A stretch of DNA of 64,000 nucleotides from positions 32,001 to 96,000 of the forward strand of contig CATQHZ020000002.1 in assembly GCA_958296135.2 (NCBI GenBank), read 5' to 3'. The position numbers were made by a program, and so were the translations under genes. Shown in pieces: positions 38,494 through 48,460 of the stretch (within the stretch, counting starts at the first letter, position 1; each line of letters opens with the position of its first letter). Under the pieces are notes generated by a model. That model searched no databases. It was not told the DNA's origin and saw only the letters and a program-made list of their open reading frames with translations. This stretch comes from an uncultured Poribacteria bacterium (GTDB lineage: Bacteria > Poribacteria > WGA-4E > WGA-3G).

Positions 38494-41118
38494 TTAGGAT
38501 AATTCGCCTTCGCTTGATAAATTTTTAAACGAATAAGCGTTCTTATTATCCTTCTTACCATTCGTGACTAATTTCCAGTGTCCAAAGACTTTATCAACAT
38601 TCGCTCTAAAATAAAGTCCAAGGTTTCGCCTTCGAGCATTCTCATGATAACTTTCGCTACCTTTGAACCAAGATCCAAGTAAATTATCATCTTCTTCACC
38701 ATCACGAAATGATGCTATATCAAATACATCTGACACTGTCCATGATTCTTCATTAAACTGATGAATAACTTTATCGCGAAAAATACACCAATCGCTAAAT
38801 TCTGGATTAGCTTTTATGCGAGCTTCAGTATCATTATTCAAAAATTGCTGTAATGGTCTTATTGGATTACCTAATTCATCATTAACTTCATAATCAATAT
38901 TAGTATCAAGCATCTGAAATATACCACTCATATATTTCGCCCAAACATTAGATCTATGTTTCGCCCGACCTCTTTGTTTTCCATTATTAATCCATTCTGT
39001 TACAATAGCATAAACTGCTGAAAATAATACTTCTCGATTCTTAATCGTATCGCTTAAAATCGATTCTGTTTTAAATTCTCGTTCAGCAACTCTCTGTTCT
39101 GCGTCAAGCCTAATAAAACAAGCTCTATCAACAAGATCAGCATTAGCATCAACGTTATTTCCAGTCAATATGTAAGTCGCAGTATTATCAGCTCGAATCA
39201 TTTTACTTTTACCAAGAATTCTAAATCGAATTGTTGGTTCACTAATAGCAGATGCCAAAGAACTGCTAGCTACGATGACCTGTTCTGTAATGTTATCAAG
39301 AACTACAACCTCTGTCCCAAGAATAAGTTCAGCACCAATAGCCTTTCTAATTTCCTCTTCATTTGTGGGCAACTGGGTACTTCCGGCAGGTTCGCCAGTA
39401 ATGACTGCAGAAAGAATCTGTGCAAGAGTTGATTTGCCAGCTCCTTGACTATTAGCAGTAATAATAAACAGTGGAGGCAATTCTCCTTCTGGAAGTGCTG
39501 GTCGAACAAGCATAGTAATTAAAAGAGCGATCGTATTACAAAGATCGGAATAATCTTTAAACGGAAAATCAGCCAACCACTCACCTAAAGTATTGTAAGC
39601 TGTTTCAATACTCATATCCTGAACTTCTACTAATTTACTCGGTTCTAAATACATCTGAGATTCTTTATGATATCCAGGTTCATTAATAATCTCCCAACTT
39701 TTAGTCACAATTGGATGATTAATAATCTGTATTAAATATGGAATTTTATCCAAATTTTGATGATGAATAATATCAGATCCGATGCTAGTTGGTGGTTCTG
39801 GTAAAAGAACTTCGCTAACCATATCTTCTTTCTTTGTCAATCTATAAAAACTAGCAATTCTATTTAGAGCTCCTTTAATATCTTCCCGAGTAAACTGTTC
39901 AAAAATACTAGATGTAACTTCTTTACTATAATCTTCACTAACACGTTTCATCTCGGTACTATACCTGATACGTCCCAATTGATTTTCTTTTACAAAGATC
40001 TTAACTATATTAGGATCTTCTTTTTCTATTAATCTCATAACTTCAGTAGCCACTTCATTTGATTTACGTGGCTCAATTATATCATCATCTGTTAAACCAT
40101 ATGTATAAACGCTTGGTAATATTTTCTGTTTTTGTTTCGCATTTTCTTTCATAACTTTTTTAACCGGTTTTGTTTTAATTTCTTCTTTCGGCTGAAAGAC
40201 TTGATTACAATAATCAATTGCTCTTTGAATACTAGTTTCAATATACGTTTCTCCTTTTTCCTCACGATAAAGACCACTTTCTTCAAACAGGCGTTTCATT
40301 TGATCTGCATTCTTTCCAGTATAGAACGCAAGCATATTTAGAAACGCTAAATCAGCACTACTTTGACTCTTACCATAATCCTTCCAATTACCACTAAACA
40401 GATCTTGAAATTTATCTCCATTAGATGCACTAGTGGCTATTTTAAGAACTGTATTATCATCTAAATATTCATAATTACTAATTACTTGTGACCTTTTCTT
40501 TCTTTTCTTAATCCCAAACGAATCAATAATACTTTTGCAGGCTTGTTTAACAGCATCTCTATGATGCCCATTACTAAAATCAGGTTGACAACTAGAAATT
40601 TTATCTCCTGTAGTTGCGAAAATTCTATTTCCATGATAAAATTCTATTGCCGCTCCCGAATTATCTTTCCATTCCTTCTTAAATCCAGACTTCGCACTTG
40701 TAATAGTTCGTTTTAGTTCAACAAATTCATTATCGTCAAGTAACTCTTCCGTCCATAAAATAGCATGAATCCCAGTTCCGGAAGGTGAAAACTCTACATA
40801 AGCACCATTTTCTAGTAAAAGCTCTATGATCCGCTTACTTGGTTCATGCCATCTATCTGTTTTCTTATCATATACATTATCAAAATCGAATCCTGTCCAA
40901 CTATCACCTAAAGCGAACGAAACCCCATCAAACTTAAATAATTTCCGAGCTGAATTCGCCTGACCAAACGAGCTCCATGTGTCAGGATTGCTATGTGATG
41001 CTGATTTATTTTGAACAGTCTTTGGTACATTATTATATTTACCCTTTCTTTTCTCTTTCCTCCAACATACCCATCTATTTGCTTTCCTCATTTCTATTGG
41101 AATAGCTTCATAATTCAC
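38494..41118 (-). CDS. Primase-polymerase (AEP, NrS-1-like) fused to a helicase-type ATPase
   Basis: RWVCWR, GFDFD, EFSPSGTGIH, SQSSADLAFLNMLAFYT, Walker A QGAGKS and Walker B VVVLDN; GTG start behind GGAGG (the track start lies inside the tRNA). Confidence 0.85.
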   Translation of the reverse strand: MNYEAIPIEMRKANRWVCWRKEKRKGKYNNVPKTVQNKSASHSNPDTWSSFGQANSARKLFKFDGVSFALGDSWTGFDFDNVYDKKTDRWHEPSKRIIELLLENGAYVEFSPSGTGIHAILWTEELLDDNEFVELKRTITSAKSGFKKEWKDNSGAAIEFYHGNRIFATTGDKISSCQPDFSNGHHRDAVKQACKSIIDSFGIKKRKKRSQVISNYEYLDDNTVLKIATSASNGDKFQDLFSGNWKDYGKSQSSADLAFLNMLAFYTGKNADQMKRLFEESGLYREEKGETYIETSIQRAIDYCNQVFQPKEEIKTKPVKKVMKENAKQKQKILPSVYTYGLTDDDIIEPRKSNEVATEVMRLIEKEDPNIVKIFVKENQLGRIRYSTEMKRVSEDYSKEVTSSIFEQFTREDIKGALNRIASFYRLTKKEDMVSEVLLPEPPTSIGSDIIHHQNLDKIPYLIQIINHPIVTKSWEIINEPGYHKESQMYLEPSKLVEVQDMSIETAYNTLGEWLADFPFKDYSDLCNTIALLITMLVRPALPEGELPPLFIITANSQGAGKSTLAQILSAVITGEPAGSTQLPTNEEEIRKAIGAELILGTEVVVLDNITEQVIVASSSLASAISEPTIRFRILGKSKMIRADNTATYILTGNNVDANADLVDRACFIRLDAEQRVAEREFKTESILSDTIKNREVLFSAVYAIVTEWINNGKQRGRAKHRSNVWAKYMSGIFQMLDTNIDYEVNDELGNPIRPLQQFLNNDTEARIKANPEFSDWCIFRDKVIHQFNEESWTVSDVFDIASFRDGEEDDNLLGSWFKGSESYHENARRRNLGLYFRANVDKVFGHWKLVTNGKKDNKNAYSFKNLSSEGELS

Positions 41119-41147
41119 ATTTTTACCTCCACCATAAAAATAAAAAA

Positions 41148-41230
41148 TGCCGGCGGATGGAATCGAACCATCAATGTCCCGAAGGACCACGGATTTACAG
41201 TCCGCTGCCTTACCAATTGGCTACACCGAC
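41148..41230 (-). tRNA. tRNA-Tyr (GTA), no encoded CCA
   Basis: GTCGGTGTAGCCAATTGGTAAGGCAGCGGACTGTAAATCCGTGGTCCTTCGGGACATTGATGGTTCGATTCCATCCGCCGGCA: cloverleaf, long variable arm, GTTCGA T-loop. Confidence 0.92.
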
Positions 41231-41275
41231 ATTAGAATAACATTATTAAATAGAGTACCAGGATTTTTTGAAAAC

Positions 41276-41608
41276 TTAACTTTTATCTCGCGTTTCTTTA
41301 AGCAATCCTGCTATAAACTCGTCAAAACCCTCTACATTTTGTTCGACAAATACAACTCTAATATATTCTACAAATTCTACCATCGGATCGTTATCTTTGA
41401 CCTTGACCAACTCAAACAATCTTTCAAGTTCTCTAATAACTTTAATTATTTGTTGTTTGCCAGCAACGCTATACCATCTTTGCGTTAAATGCTCATAAAT
41501 TTCGCGATATTCTTTTACCCGATCTTCATGATAGTCAATTTTTTCGTTTGCGGCTTCAATTTGTTGCGTTATATCGTCGATCTTAACCTTAAGTTTTTTG
41601 CTATCCAC
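41276..41608 (-). CDS. Coiled-coil hypothetical protein
   Basis: 110 aa, GTG start, AGGAGG RBS. Confidence 0.6.
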   Translation of the reverse strand: MDSKKLKVKIDDITQQIEAANEKIDYHEDRVKEYREIYEHLTQRWYSVAGKQQIIKVIRELERLFELVKVKDNDPMVEFVEYIRVVFVEQNVEGFDEFIAGLLKETRDKS

Positions 41609-41630
41609 TTTTCGGTCCTCCTGTCTACCT

Positions 41631-41666
41631 TTAAAATATTAAATTTTCAACCCAATTTAAATCCAA
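41631..41666 (-). promoter_or_regulatory. Class II promoter-like element, copy 2 (upstream of tRNA and primase)
   Basis: Consensus match. Confidence 0.7.
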
Positions 41667-41691
41667 CAAAAAACCCATTATGATTAATGGA

Positions 41692-41836
41692 CTTTCAATC
41701 TCCCAATGGGCTGCCAAAAGGCTTCCCAACGCCGTCCCAAAACGGCATATTCAACCCATTTTGGGTTCCAAAAGGGAGATGGGGCTCCATATAAAAGGGA
41801 GCCCATAGTTCATAGGTACCAAATAAAATTGAACTT
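41692..41836. repeat. Intergenic direct repeat, similar to about 61729-61871
   Basis: Shares GGGGCTCCATATAAA(A/G)GGGAGCCCATAGTTCATAGGTAC(C/T)AAATAAAATTGAACT and TTCCCAACGCCG. Confidence 0.75.
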
Positions 41837-42126
41837 CATTTTTTCAAGATATGATCTGCTAAAAGTGCGCATAGATCGTATTTAATATAATTAGATACGT
41901 TCTCTTGAAATTCTTCCGGTGTCATTTCTTTCAGGCTTCTGCCATAAATGAGATGAACTACATATAGCATTTCATATTTTGAAAACTTATGATCCTCTAT
42001 AACTCTAAATATTTCGTTTTCGAGATCAATTCGATCCAGATCAGGATCTGTTAAATCAATGTCTTTGTGACCAATAATAAATTGATCTAAAGATTGACAT
42101 AACAGATCCTCGGTTCTAATGCTCAT
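41836..42126 (-). CDS. Hypothetical acidic protein
   Basis: 96 aa ORF. Confidence 0.6.
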   Translation of the reverse strand: MSIRTEDLLCQSLDQFIIGHKDIDLTDPDLDRIDLENEIFRVIEDHKFSKYEMLYVVHLIYGRSLKEMTPEEFQENVSNYIKYDLCALLADHILKK

Positions 42127-42131
42127 TGTTA

Positions 42132-42560
42132 TTAGAGCCCCAACTCATATTCAAGATCCGCAACCAAATTAGCAGGCGGATACCCAACTTTCTTGCTATA
42201 AAAGAATACTTCGCCCTCTTCCTTACGCTTGTAGTATCGGCGAAATTCAAAGACCCTGTTCAAAAACGCTTTGCCAGCAGCCTTCGATTTTTGCAACTGA
42301 TATACAAAAGTTTGCTGTTCGGTTTTATCATCTTCGTCACGATCCAAATATGCTAGGATCATTTCGCTTATGTCGCATACTGGGATATCTTCAACAAACT
42401 GATCGATCTCGTTATCAACGACTTGATTCAAATAAACTTCGGGTTTGGTCTGCATGATTTGGTCCTCATTATCGGTTTGATTAACATGTACCAATTGTTC
42501 GACATCATCAACGACTTCTACAGCTACCTTCTTTGTTAGATCCGTCAATCGATTTTGCAT
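42132..42560 (-). CDS. Hypothetical protein
   Basis: 142 aa behind a class I promoter. Confidence 0.65.
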   Translation of the reverse strand: MQNRLTDLTKKVAVEVVDDVEQLVHVNQTDNEDQIMQTKPEVYLNQVVDNEIDQFVEDIPVCDISEMILAYLDRDEDDKTEQQTFVYQLQKSKAAGKAFLNRVFEFRRYYKRKEEGEVFFYSKKVGYPPANLVADLEYELGL

Positions 42561-42628
42561 TTTTTTATTATCCTTTATTATTGATCCATTTTTTTAATCA
42601 TTTTTTATTTAAAAATTAGGAGCCATTA

Positions 42629-42678
42629 CTCCTATATATAATATCGCCAATTTGGCTCGGTTATCAGATCAGACAACC
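42629..42678 (-). promoter_or_regulatory. Class I promoter, copy 14
   Basis: Consensus match. Confidence 0.8.
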
Positions 42679-42700
42679 GATAAATTTTTCGCCCAGACAT

Positions 42701-43000
42701 CTAACCGTCGGATGGTTCTCCTACTATATAAAATCTGTCATATCTTACTTCAATTTCGATTTCTGGGACTTCCATTAATGAATCAAACGCATATATCCAA
42801 GCTTTTAACGCATCAGATACTTTATAGATCTGAATCTTATAGTCTTTTGCATATTGGTTTAAAGAGATTGGGCAAAATACCCAACCTCTACCAACACGAA
42901 CTTCATCGTCAATCTGCTCACGCAAACATAAAGCGATCGGACCACTTGTATCCGTATCCTTAACGCCTTGTTTAATATATGATTGATCTACTTTAAACAT
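42701..43000 (-). CDS. Hypothetical protein
   Basis: 99 aa, translationally coupled. Confidence 0.6.
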   Translation of the reverse strand: MFKVDQSYIKQGVKDTDTSGPIALCLREQIDDEVRVGRGWVFCPISLNQYAKDYKIQIYKVSDALKAWIYAFDSLMEVPEIEIEVRYDRFYIVGEPSDG

Positions 43001-43362
43001 TATCGTACCTCATGAACTTCTTTCCATTTAGCAACCAAACGAGCCTTTCCATAAACCATCATATACTCATCAATGCAATCATGAAAGTCATGAAATTCAA
43101 TACCGGATACTAGGGCATCAAATTCTTCTATTGTTGCATAAGTGAACAACATATAGTCAAAAGAATTAAAATTACTGCAAAGCAAAACGCTTTCGCAAGC
43201 TGTTTCAAGATCGCATGCAGAATCATTTATTGCTTCATCTACTTCTATTACTAGATGAGTAAAAAGCTCTTCTAGTTTCTTATCAAAATACCGATACATT
43301 TTACTTTCACCGTCGCCACCCTTTATGAATTCATCAAAAATATGATACATGTTATTCCTCAA
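43000..43362 (-). CDS. Hypothetical acidic protein
   Basis: ORF in a packed operon. Confidence 0.6.
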   Translation of the reverse strand: MRNNMYHIFDEFIKGGDGESKMYRYFDKKLEELFTHLVIEVDEAINDSACDLETACESVLLCSNFNSFDYMLFTYATIEEFDALVSGIEFHDFHDCIDEYMMVYGKARLVAKWKEVHEVR

Positions 43363-44644
43363 TATTAATTTTAACGTTTGGAAAAGACAATTTTTTAGTT
43401 TTTGTTTTCTTTACTTTAGGCACTTGTTTTACTGGATTAAATAAATCCGTCTGTTTAGGAGTTCCATCAAATAAAACTTCTTCTTCGTTATCCACAATAG
43501 GAACTGCTCCAGCAAATCTTTGTTGAGTTATCTCAATATTTTCTTTGCTTACATCAATACCGATCCAGTGGTATCCCAACTTTTCCGCAATTATTGCAGT
43601 TGTTCCAAATCCAAGAAACGCATCTAATACTCGTGGCGGTCGATCGTCAGGACTTTTAATAAATTTTAAAATACGTTCTATAAGTTCTTCGGTCTTACCA
43701 CCTTTATGACCTCCATTTTCTGGTATTGATACTTGCTCTGGTTTAACGTCATGCCAAGTATCATCAATACCGAACCAGGAATGCCCATTAACTTCTTTTG
43801 GATACTCTTTTTTGTGAACAGCAAATGATCCAAGCTTCTTAACTAGTTCTCGAATATGATTTCCATCTTTTAATGTAATATGCTTTCTATTTTTGATATA
43901 ATAGAGCCGCCCATCATTTAAAAGATGATTCATTTTATTATGATTATGCATCCACTTCTTAACTAAGCCATAGAAATTTGTTTCTGGCCTCGTCACAAAA
44001 GTAACAGGATATTGAGCATATCTCCTAATACCATCAGTATGAGGGAACTTTTCTTCAATTTCTTTATCTTTAATTACTCTAAATTCAGCCTTCTGATCAA
44101 ATTCATACTTTGTTTGATCTTTCGCATAAAATAAAACATATCCAGAACATCTACCCAATCGTTTACTAAATCCGGTTTCGCTTCGTTTACCTTTTCTACC
44201 AACGCTACGTCGATAATTAATCAAATTAATTTTATTATTAAATCCAAAGATCATATCTAGTAAGATTTCGAGATATGCAACTTCTTTATCATCACAAATA
44301 AGAAATAATGATCCATGATCCATTAAAATTCTATGAATTTCGCATAATCGAACCGCCATAAATGTTAAATATGACTTTCGACTTATGTTTTGTTCAGGCA
44401 ACCTATACAAAAATTCATAAACATCTAAATTTAAATCATATAAATTTCTAACATCATCATCTCGATCATCATTCCACTTCCATTCATTTCGATCATCATC
44501 AAAATTTGTATAATTTCGCCCACTATTAAATGGAGGATCAATACAGACTGCATCGACATAATTATCGGGAATCTTTTTAAGAACTTCTAAATTATCGCCG
44601 CAATAGACAGTTCTGTTTGGAAATTTATCGCTAGTTTTAAACAT
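43352..44644 (-). CDS. Beta-class N6A/N4C DNA methyltransferase
   Basis: GDNLEVL, IDPPFNS, then VLDAFLGFGTT and WIGID. Confidence 0.9.
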   Translation of the reverse strand: MFKTSDKFPNRTVYCGDNLEVLKKIPDNYVDAVCIDPPFNSGRNYTNFDDDRNEWKWNDDRDDDVRNLYDLNLDVYEFLYRLPEQNISRKSYLTFMAVRLCEIHRILMDHGSLFLICDDKEVAYLEILLDMIFGFNNKINLINYRRSVGRKGKRSETGFSKRLGRCSGYVLFYAKDQTKYEFDQKAEFRVIKDKEIEEKFPHTDGIRRYAQYPVTFVTRPETNFYGLVKKWMHNHNKMNHLLNDGRLYYIKNRKHITLKDGNHIRELVKKLGSFAVHKKEYPKEVNGHSWFGIDDTWHDVKPEQVSIPENGGHKGGKTEELIERILKFIKSPDDRPPRVLDAFLGFGTTAIIAEKLGYHWIGIDVSKENIEITQQRFAGAVPIVDNEEEVLFDGTPKQTDLFNPVKQVPKVKKTKTKKLSFPNVKINIEE

Positions 44645-44650
44645 AATAAA

Positions 44651-45232
44651 TTATTTTCCTGTGACTTTACTGGCTCTTTTCTTAATATCATCTAGTGACT
44701 GTATTGCGGATATAAAATTTTTATTCAAATAATAATGTTCTTTACGATTTTTATATTGATCGTCTTTTAGGTTTTTTTGAAAATATTGCTCATGATCTCC
44801 TTCAAATAAATGAAGGAGAAACATATCAGGAGCAGTAGTTTGATGATCTTTTAAACGTCTAAACGGATCTTGACTCCTTCCAATCTTTATATAATCGGAA
44901 CTACCGTTCCATAGTACATATGTATATTGATTAGCAGGATCAATCGGTTTAATATTAATATCTACTGTTAAATTTCGGTTATTAATCGATCTTATTTCTA
45001 TTCCAGGTTGCCCAATAGAACTTCTTACTTCTGGTTCAAGTTCCTCAAACATAAAAGCATTATTAGGCAACCCTATTAACTTATGACTTCCAAATACAGA
45101 TCCTACATATTTTTTAATATGATTAAAATGATCTAAATTCTCGACAGTCCAAGGTTTTTTACCATGCTTTTGAATAATAGCATTTTTAAGATCTCCGATA
45201 TTTGGAAACTTCACATATGATCCTTTGCTCAC
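44651..45232 (-). CDS. GIY-YIG / T5orf172-like nuclease-domain protein
   Basis: YTYVL..YIKIGRSQDPFRRLKDHQT..E. Confidence 0.7.
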   Translation of the reverse strand: MSKGSYVKFPNIGDLKNAIIQKHGKKPWTVENLDHFNHIKKYVGSVFGSHKLIGLPNNAFMFEELEPEVRSSIGQPGIEIRSINNRNLTVDINIKPIDPANQYTYVLWNGSSDYIKIGRSQDPFRRLKDHQTTAPDMFLLHLFEGDHEQYFQKNLKDDQYKNRKEHYYLNKNFISAIQSLDDIKKRASKVTGK

Positions 45233-45243
45233 TTTTTATCTCC

Positions 45244-45915
45244 TTAAATTAATGTTACCTGTTTATCGTTTTCTTCTGCCAATTGATCTTGTCGATTTAA
45301 TACAAGAGCATCTATAAAAAGCTTTAAAACCTCTGGATTTTTCATTATAGCAGGCAATAGAACTTTGTTTTCTGCTTCCTTAATATGTTCTCCCAACCGC
45401 TTAATTATGTAACCCTTTAAGGCAATATTCTGAACACCAAGTTCCTTTGCTAATGTCGATCCAGCATCAATAAAATGATAATTTGGCTGATCCGGAATCA
45501 TATCTTTATACATAGAACCCAATAAAAATATATGGGTTGTATGATCATTTTTAGTTAACGGTAATTCAAGAGCTTGAACATATTGTTTACCAAGCAAATA
45601 AATTATCAGATCCCATTTTTGAGCTTCCCGACTCATATCATTATGAATCTGAAGTTCCCTTGCTGTGGATAAAATCTCTTCATTCGACATCGAATTAAAT
45701 GTAACATTGTAAGGCGATACCATATCAAGTTCTTTAAGCAACCCATATTTGGCACTTATGATATATAATCCCATTCCAAACATACCGTAAGTATCGCGCA
45801 TATCACGCACGCCATGTGAAACGTAATGGTGCTGGAGCCCTTGATAAAAGACTCCAGCATATCCAGGTATATTCATCTTCTTTGCGGTACAGCTAGTCAC
45901 TATTAACGTCTTCAT
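45244..45915 (-). CDS. YaaA/DUF6884-like protein, a family often found near TGT/DpdA genes
   Basis: LIVTSCTAKK, FYQG, YIISAKYGLL and PYNVTF. Confidence 0.65.
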   Translation of the reverse strand: MKTLIVTSCTAKKMNIPGYAGVFYQGLQHHYVSHGVRDMRDTYGMFGMGLYIISAKYGLLKELDMVSPYNVTFNSMSNEEILSTARELQIHNDMSREAQKWDLIIYLLGKQYVQALELPLTKNDHTTHIFLLGSMYKDMIPDQPNYHFIDAGSTLAKELGVQNIALKGYIIKRLGEHIKEAENKVLLPAIMKNPEVLKLFIDALVLNRQDQLAEENDKQVTLI

Positions 45916-46157
45916 TTTCCTTCATACCTCGTATAAATTTCATCTTCTTCCTTTTGTGTTCTTTTAGAAAGTTCCTCTACACGCCAATGATCAAAATAGT
46001 TTTCCTCATAGATCTCGTCGCTGTCAGGATATTCATCTTGATCTTTATCCATTTCTTCTCTTATGATCTGATCTCGTTCTTCATAATGCCGGTTCCACAG
46101 ATCATGGATTTCCCACTGCATTCCTTCGCTCATATACATACCTCTCAAGGTTGTCAC
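45912..46157 (-). CDS. Small acidic protein
   Basis: D/E-rich, at most 81 aa. Confidence 0.55.
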   Translation of the reverse strand: MTTLRGMYMSEGMQWEIHDLWNRHYEERDQIIREEMDKDQDEYPDSDEIYEENYFDHWRVEELSKRTQKEEDEIYTRYEGK

Positions 46158-46527
46158 GATCTTCCATAATCTGAATAATTATGATCTCGCGATTTTGATC
46201 CAACTTCTCATTAGCAATTCTAAGAGCTATCTTAAGGCAAGCATTACGAAAGTCTAAACCATACTTAGTCGGATGTTTCTCTAGATCTTTCTTTCGGAAA
46301 GTTATCTCAATTTCAACACCCTTATCTGGATTCCAACTTAAACAATTAGGATCTACACTATAAGATACTCGCTGATCATAAAACCATGGATGATCATCAT
46401 CATAAAACCATTTCCAATTCCACCAACTAAAATTAATTTCATCAGCTACTTCTTCAAGAGTTTCTCTCAGATACTCGTAATCTTCTTTAGAATCATCTAT
46501 TGTCTTTTGAGTAAGAATAAAAGTCAT
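46102..46527 (-). CDS. Hypothetical protein, tandem paralog of 46524..46928
   Basis: Shared MTFILT, EINFSW, RVSYSV, KHPTKYGL.FRN.CLK.ALR and YERRNA. Confidence 0.7.
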   Translation of the reverse strand: MTFILTQKTIDDSKEDYEYLRETLEEVADEINFSWWNWKWFYDDDHPWFYDQRVSYSVDPNCLSWNPDKGVEIEITFRKKDLEKHPTKYGLDFRNACLKIALRIANEKLDQNREIIIIQIMEDRDNLERYVYERRNAVGNP

Positions 46528-46928
46528 TGTTTTTCCTTTGCATTCCTTCGCTCATATGTACATTTCTCCATTGCTTTGCTATCTTCTCTTATAGTAATAG
46601 TTAGGAACTTACGATTTTCGCTCAACATCTCATTAGCAAATCTAAGAGCGGTTTTAAGACAATCATTACGAAAGTTTAAACCATACTTAGTCGGATGTTT
46701 CTTCAGATCTTCCTTTCGGAAATTTATCGAAATTTCAGCGCTCTCATTTACATGCACATCCAAATTTGAAAAATCAGGACTTACACTATAAGATACTCTA
46801 GAATCAAAAACCATTTCGAACCAACTAAAATTAATTTCTGTAGATACTTCATAAAGAGCATCGCTTAGATACGTAAGATCTTCATTAATAGGAGTAAGTT
46901 TTTCCCTGTCCGTAAGAATAAAAGTCAT
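46524..46928 (-). CDS. Hypothetical protein, tandem paralog of 46102..46527
   Basis: Start set at MTFILTDREK by alignment with the paralog. Confidence 0.7.
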   Translation of the reverse strand: MTFILTDREKLTPINEDLTYLSDALYEVSTEINFSWFEMVFDSRVSYSVSPDFSNLDVHVNESAEISINFRKEDLKKHPTKYGLNFRNDCLKTALRFANEMLSENRKFLTITIREDSKAMEKCTYERRNAKEKQ

Positions 46929-47202
46929 TGTTCTTCCTCTTTTTTCTATATTGTTTGCGATTTTCATCTCGATCAAAATACGCATTATGAATTGTTCTGC
47001 CATCTGGCATCAAAATTACACGCAGGCACTTTCTTTCGGATTGAATAAACTTCCAAACGGAAATTCTGTTGTTATCTTGCACCTTATACTTGGTTGGGTT
47101 CTCAATTGCATCTCTAATCCAAGAGAACTTGATATTTTTACGATCATTTCTTTGACGGCTCTTATAGAAATACGTTGTATACCGATATTGTACATGGCTC
47201 AT
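46885..47202 (-). CDS. DUF4258/BrnT-like small toxin-fold protein
   Basis: WIRDAIENP..QDNNRISVW..CLRVILMPDGRTIHNAYFDR. Confidence 0.55.
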   Translation of the reverse strand: MSHVQYRYTTYFYKSRQRNDRKNIKFSWIRDAIENPTKYKVQDNNRISVWKFIQSERKCLRVILMPDGRTIHNAYFDRDENRKQYRKKRKNNDFYSYGQGKTYSY

Positions 47203-47223
47203 TTTTTTATCTCCTTATTGCTT

Positions 47224-47266
47224 TATATTATTAAAATATTAAATTTTCAACCCCATTTAAATCCAA
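47224..47266 (-). promoter_or_regulatory. Class II promoter-like element, copy 3
   Basis: Consensus match. Confidence 0.75.
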
Positions 47267-47295
47267 GCAATGGGGAGCCGGAGCTCCCAATTTTT

Positions 47296-47541
47296 TCAAT
47301 CTATGCTAATGATATTAACTCCATCTCGAGCACTAACAATAGCACTTATGAACTTCTCCATCCATTCATCACATTCTTCTTCTGTCCCCTTAAATAATGT
47401 TACTGTTTCGTAACAATCTTGATAGAAGCTAGCACATCTAGCTCTAACGCGCCAACCGTCAGTAAGTTTTGCTGAATGAATATCAAAGACATTATCAAAA
47501 TTAACAAGCGTTCCATCAAGGCCTTCAAGTAGGATTTTCAT
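47296..47541 (-). CDS. Hypothetical protein
   Basis: 81 aa, AAGGA RBS. Confidence 0.6.
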   Translation of the reverse strand: MKILLEGLDGTLVNFDNVFDIHSAKLTDGWRVRARCASFYQDCYETVTLFKGTEEECDEWMEKFISAIVSARDGVNIISID

Positions 47542-47551
47542 TTATTTGTCC

Positions 47552-48364
47552 TTAATTTAAATTTAGAATAAGTAATTCGTTATAGATCTTACATTTATTT
47601 CGCCAAGCAACATCTATAACATCAAAATCTTTATACAGTTCTCTAATTAGATCATGGTCGCCATAAGACATCATCCAATTAGGAATTTGTTTTAATCTTT
47701 CCGCTAACTCGTTATGATCAAACAGATCTTCAAATCCAACCTGCTGATAATAATATTCTTTTTCAACATATGGTGGATCTAAATATAGAAGCCGCCCATT
47801 AGAACTATCTAACGCTTCTCTGTAATCCGCATACTTAATTGTTACCAATTTATTTTGCCACGATCGAAATTTAGTAAATCGTTTTAAGCTTAAATTCTTA
47901 AGTTTACTACTTAAAGCAATTCTTAAGTTTTTGCCGCCCCACCCAACAGATGTAACATTCCAATACATGGATGCTCTACGTAAATCATCATATTGATTAC
48001 CATTAAAATCTAATGATCCCTTTTTAAATCCATTATATGTATAATACCTTCTTTCTTCATACGAAAGAGGATAAAATTTTAACAGATCATCTATAACTAG
48101 ATCAGCGTCATTAATCCAATACTTCCAAAAGTTAGCTAGTGGTTCAAAGAAATCGGATCCATGAACTTTAATATTAAGATCGGTTAATCTAAGTTCTAGA
48201 CCGCCGCCACCAAAAAATGGCGATACTATTTCTTTTGTTCCTTTTGGCAAATATTTTAAAAAACAGGGATAGAAGTTCCGCTTACTACCCATATACTTTA
48301 ACGGAGTCTCAATTGATGGAGACCCCAATAAATTTAATTGCTTGTCTTTCATATTCAACCTCAA
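47552..48364 (-). CDS. Dam-family (D12 class) adenine methyltransferase
   Basis: PLKYMGSK, SPFFGGG, YLDPPY, WMMSY and ELLI. GATC specificity is not established. Confidence 0.88.
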   Translation of the reverse strand: MRLNMKDKQLNLLGSPSIETPLKYMGSKRNFYPCFLKYLPKGTKEIVSPFFGGGGLELRLTDLNIKVHGSDFFEPLANFWKYWINDADLVIDDLLKFYPLSYEERRYYTYNGFKKGSLDFNGNQYDDLRRASMYWNVTSVGWGGKNLRIALSSKLKNLSLKRFTKFRSWQNKLVTIKYADYREALDSSNGRLLYLDPPYVEKEYYYQQVGFEDLFDHNELAERLKQIPNWMMSYGDHDLIRELYKDFDVIDVAWRNKCKIYNELLILNLN

Positions 48365-48383
48365 TATTTTTTTTAACTCTTTG

Positions 48384-48433
48384 TTCCTATATATAATATA
48401 GCCGATGGGGGGCTGTTATCAGAGCAGACAACC
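48384..48433 (-). promoter_or_regulatory. Class I promoter, copy 15 (GATC replaced by GAGC/GCTC; upstream of the Dam-like gene)
   Basis: Plus strand ttatcagaGcagacaacc versus consensus ttatcagaTcagacaacc. Confidence 0.75.
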
Positions 48434-48460
48434 ACTCTTTTTCGCCCCCAGACAACTAAC

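Noticed and set aside
41119-41190. Primase N-terminus overlapping the tRNA
   Set aside because: A GTG start with a GGAGG RBS at 41118 removes the overlap.
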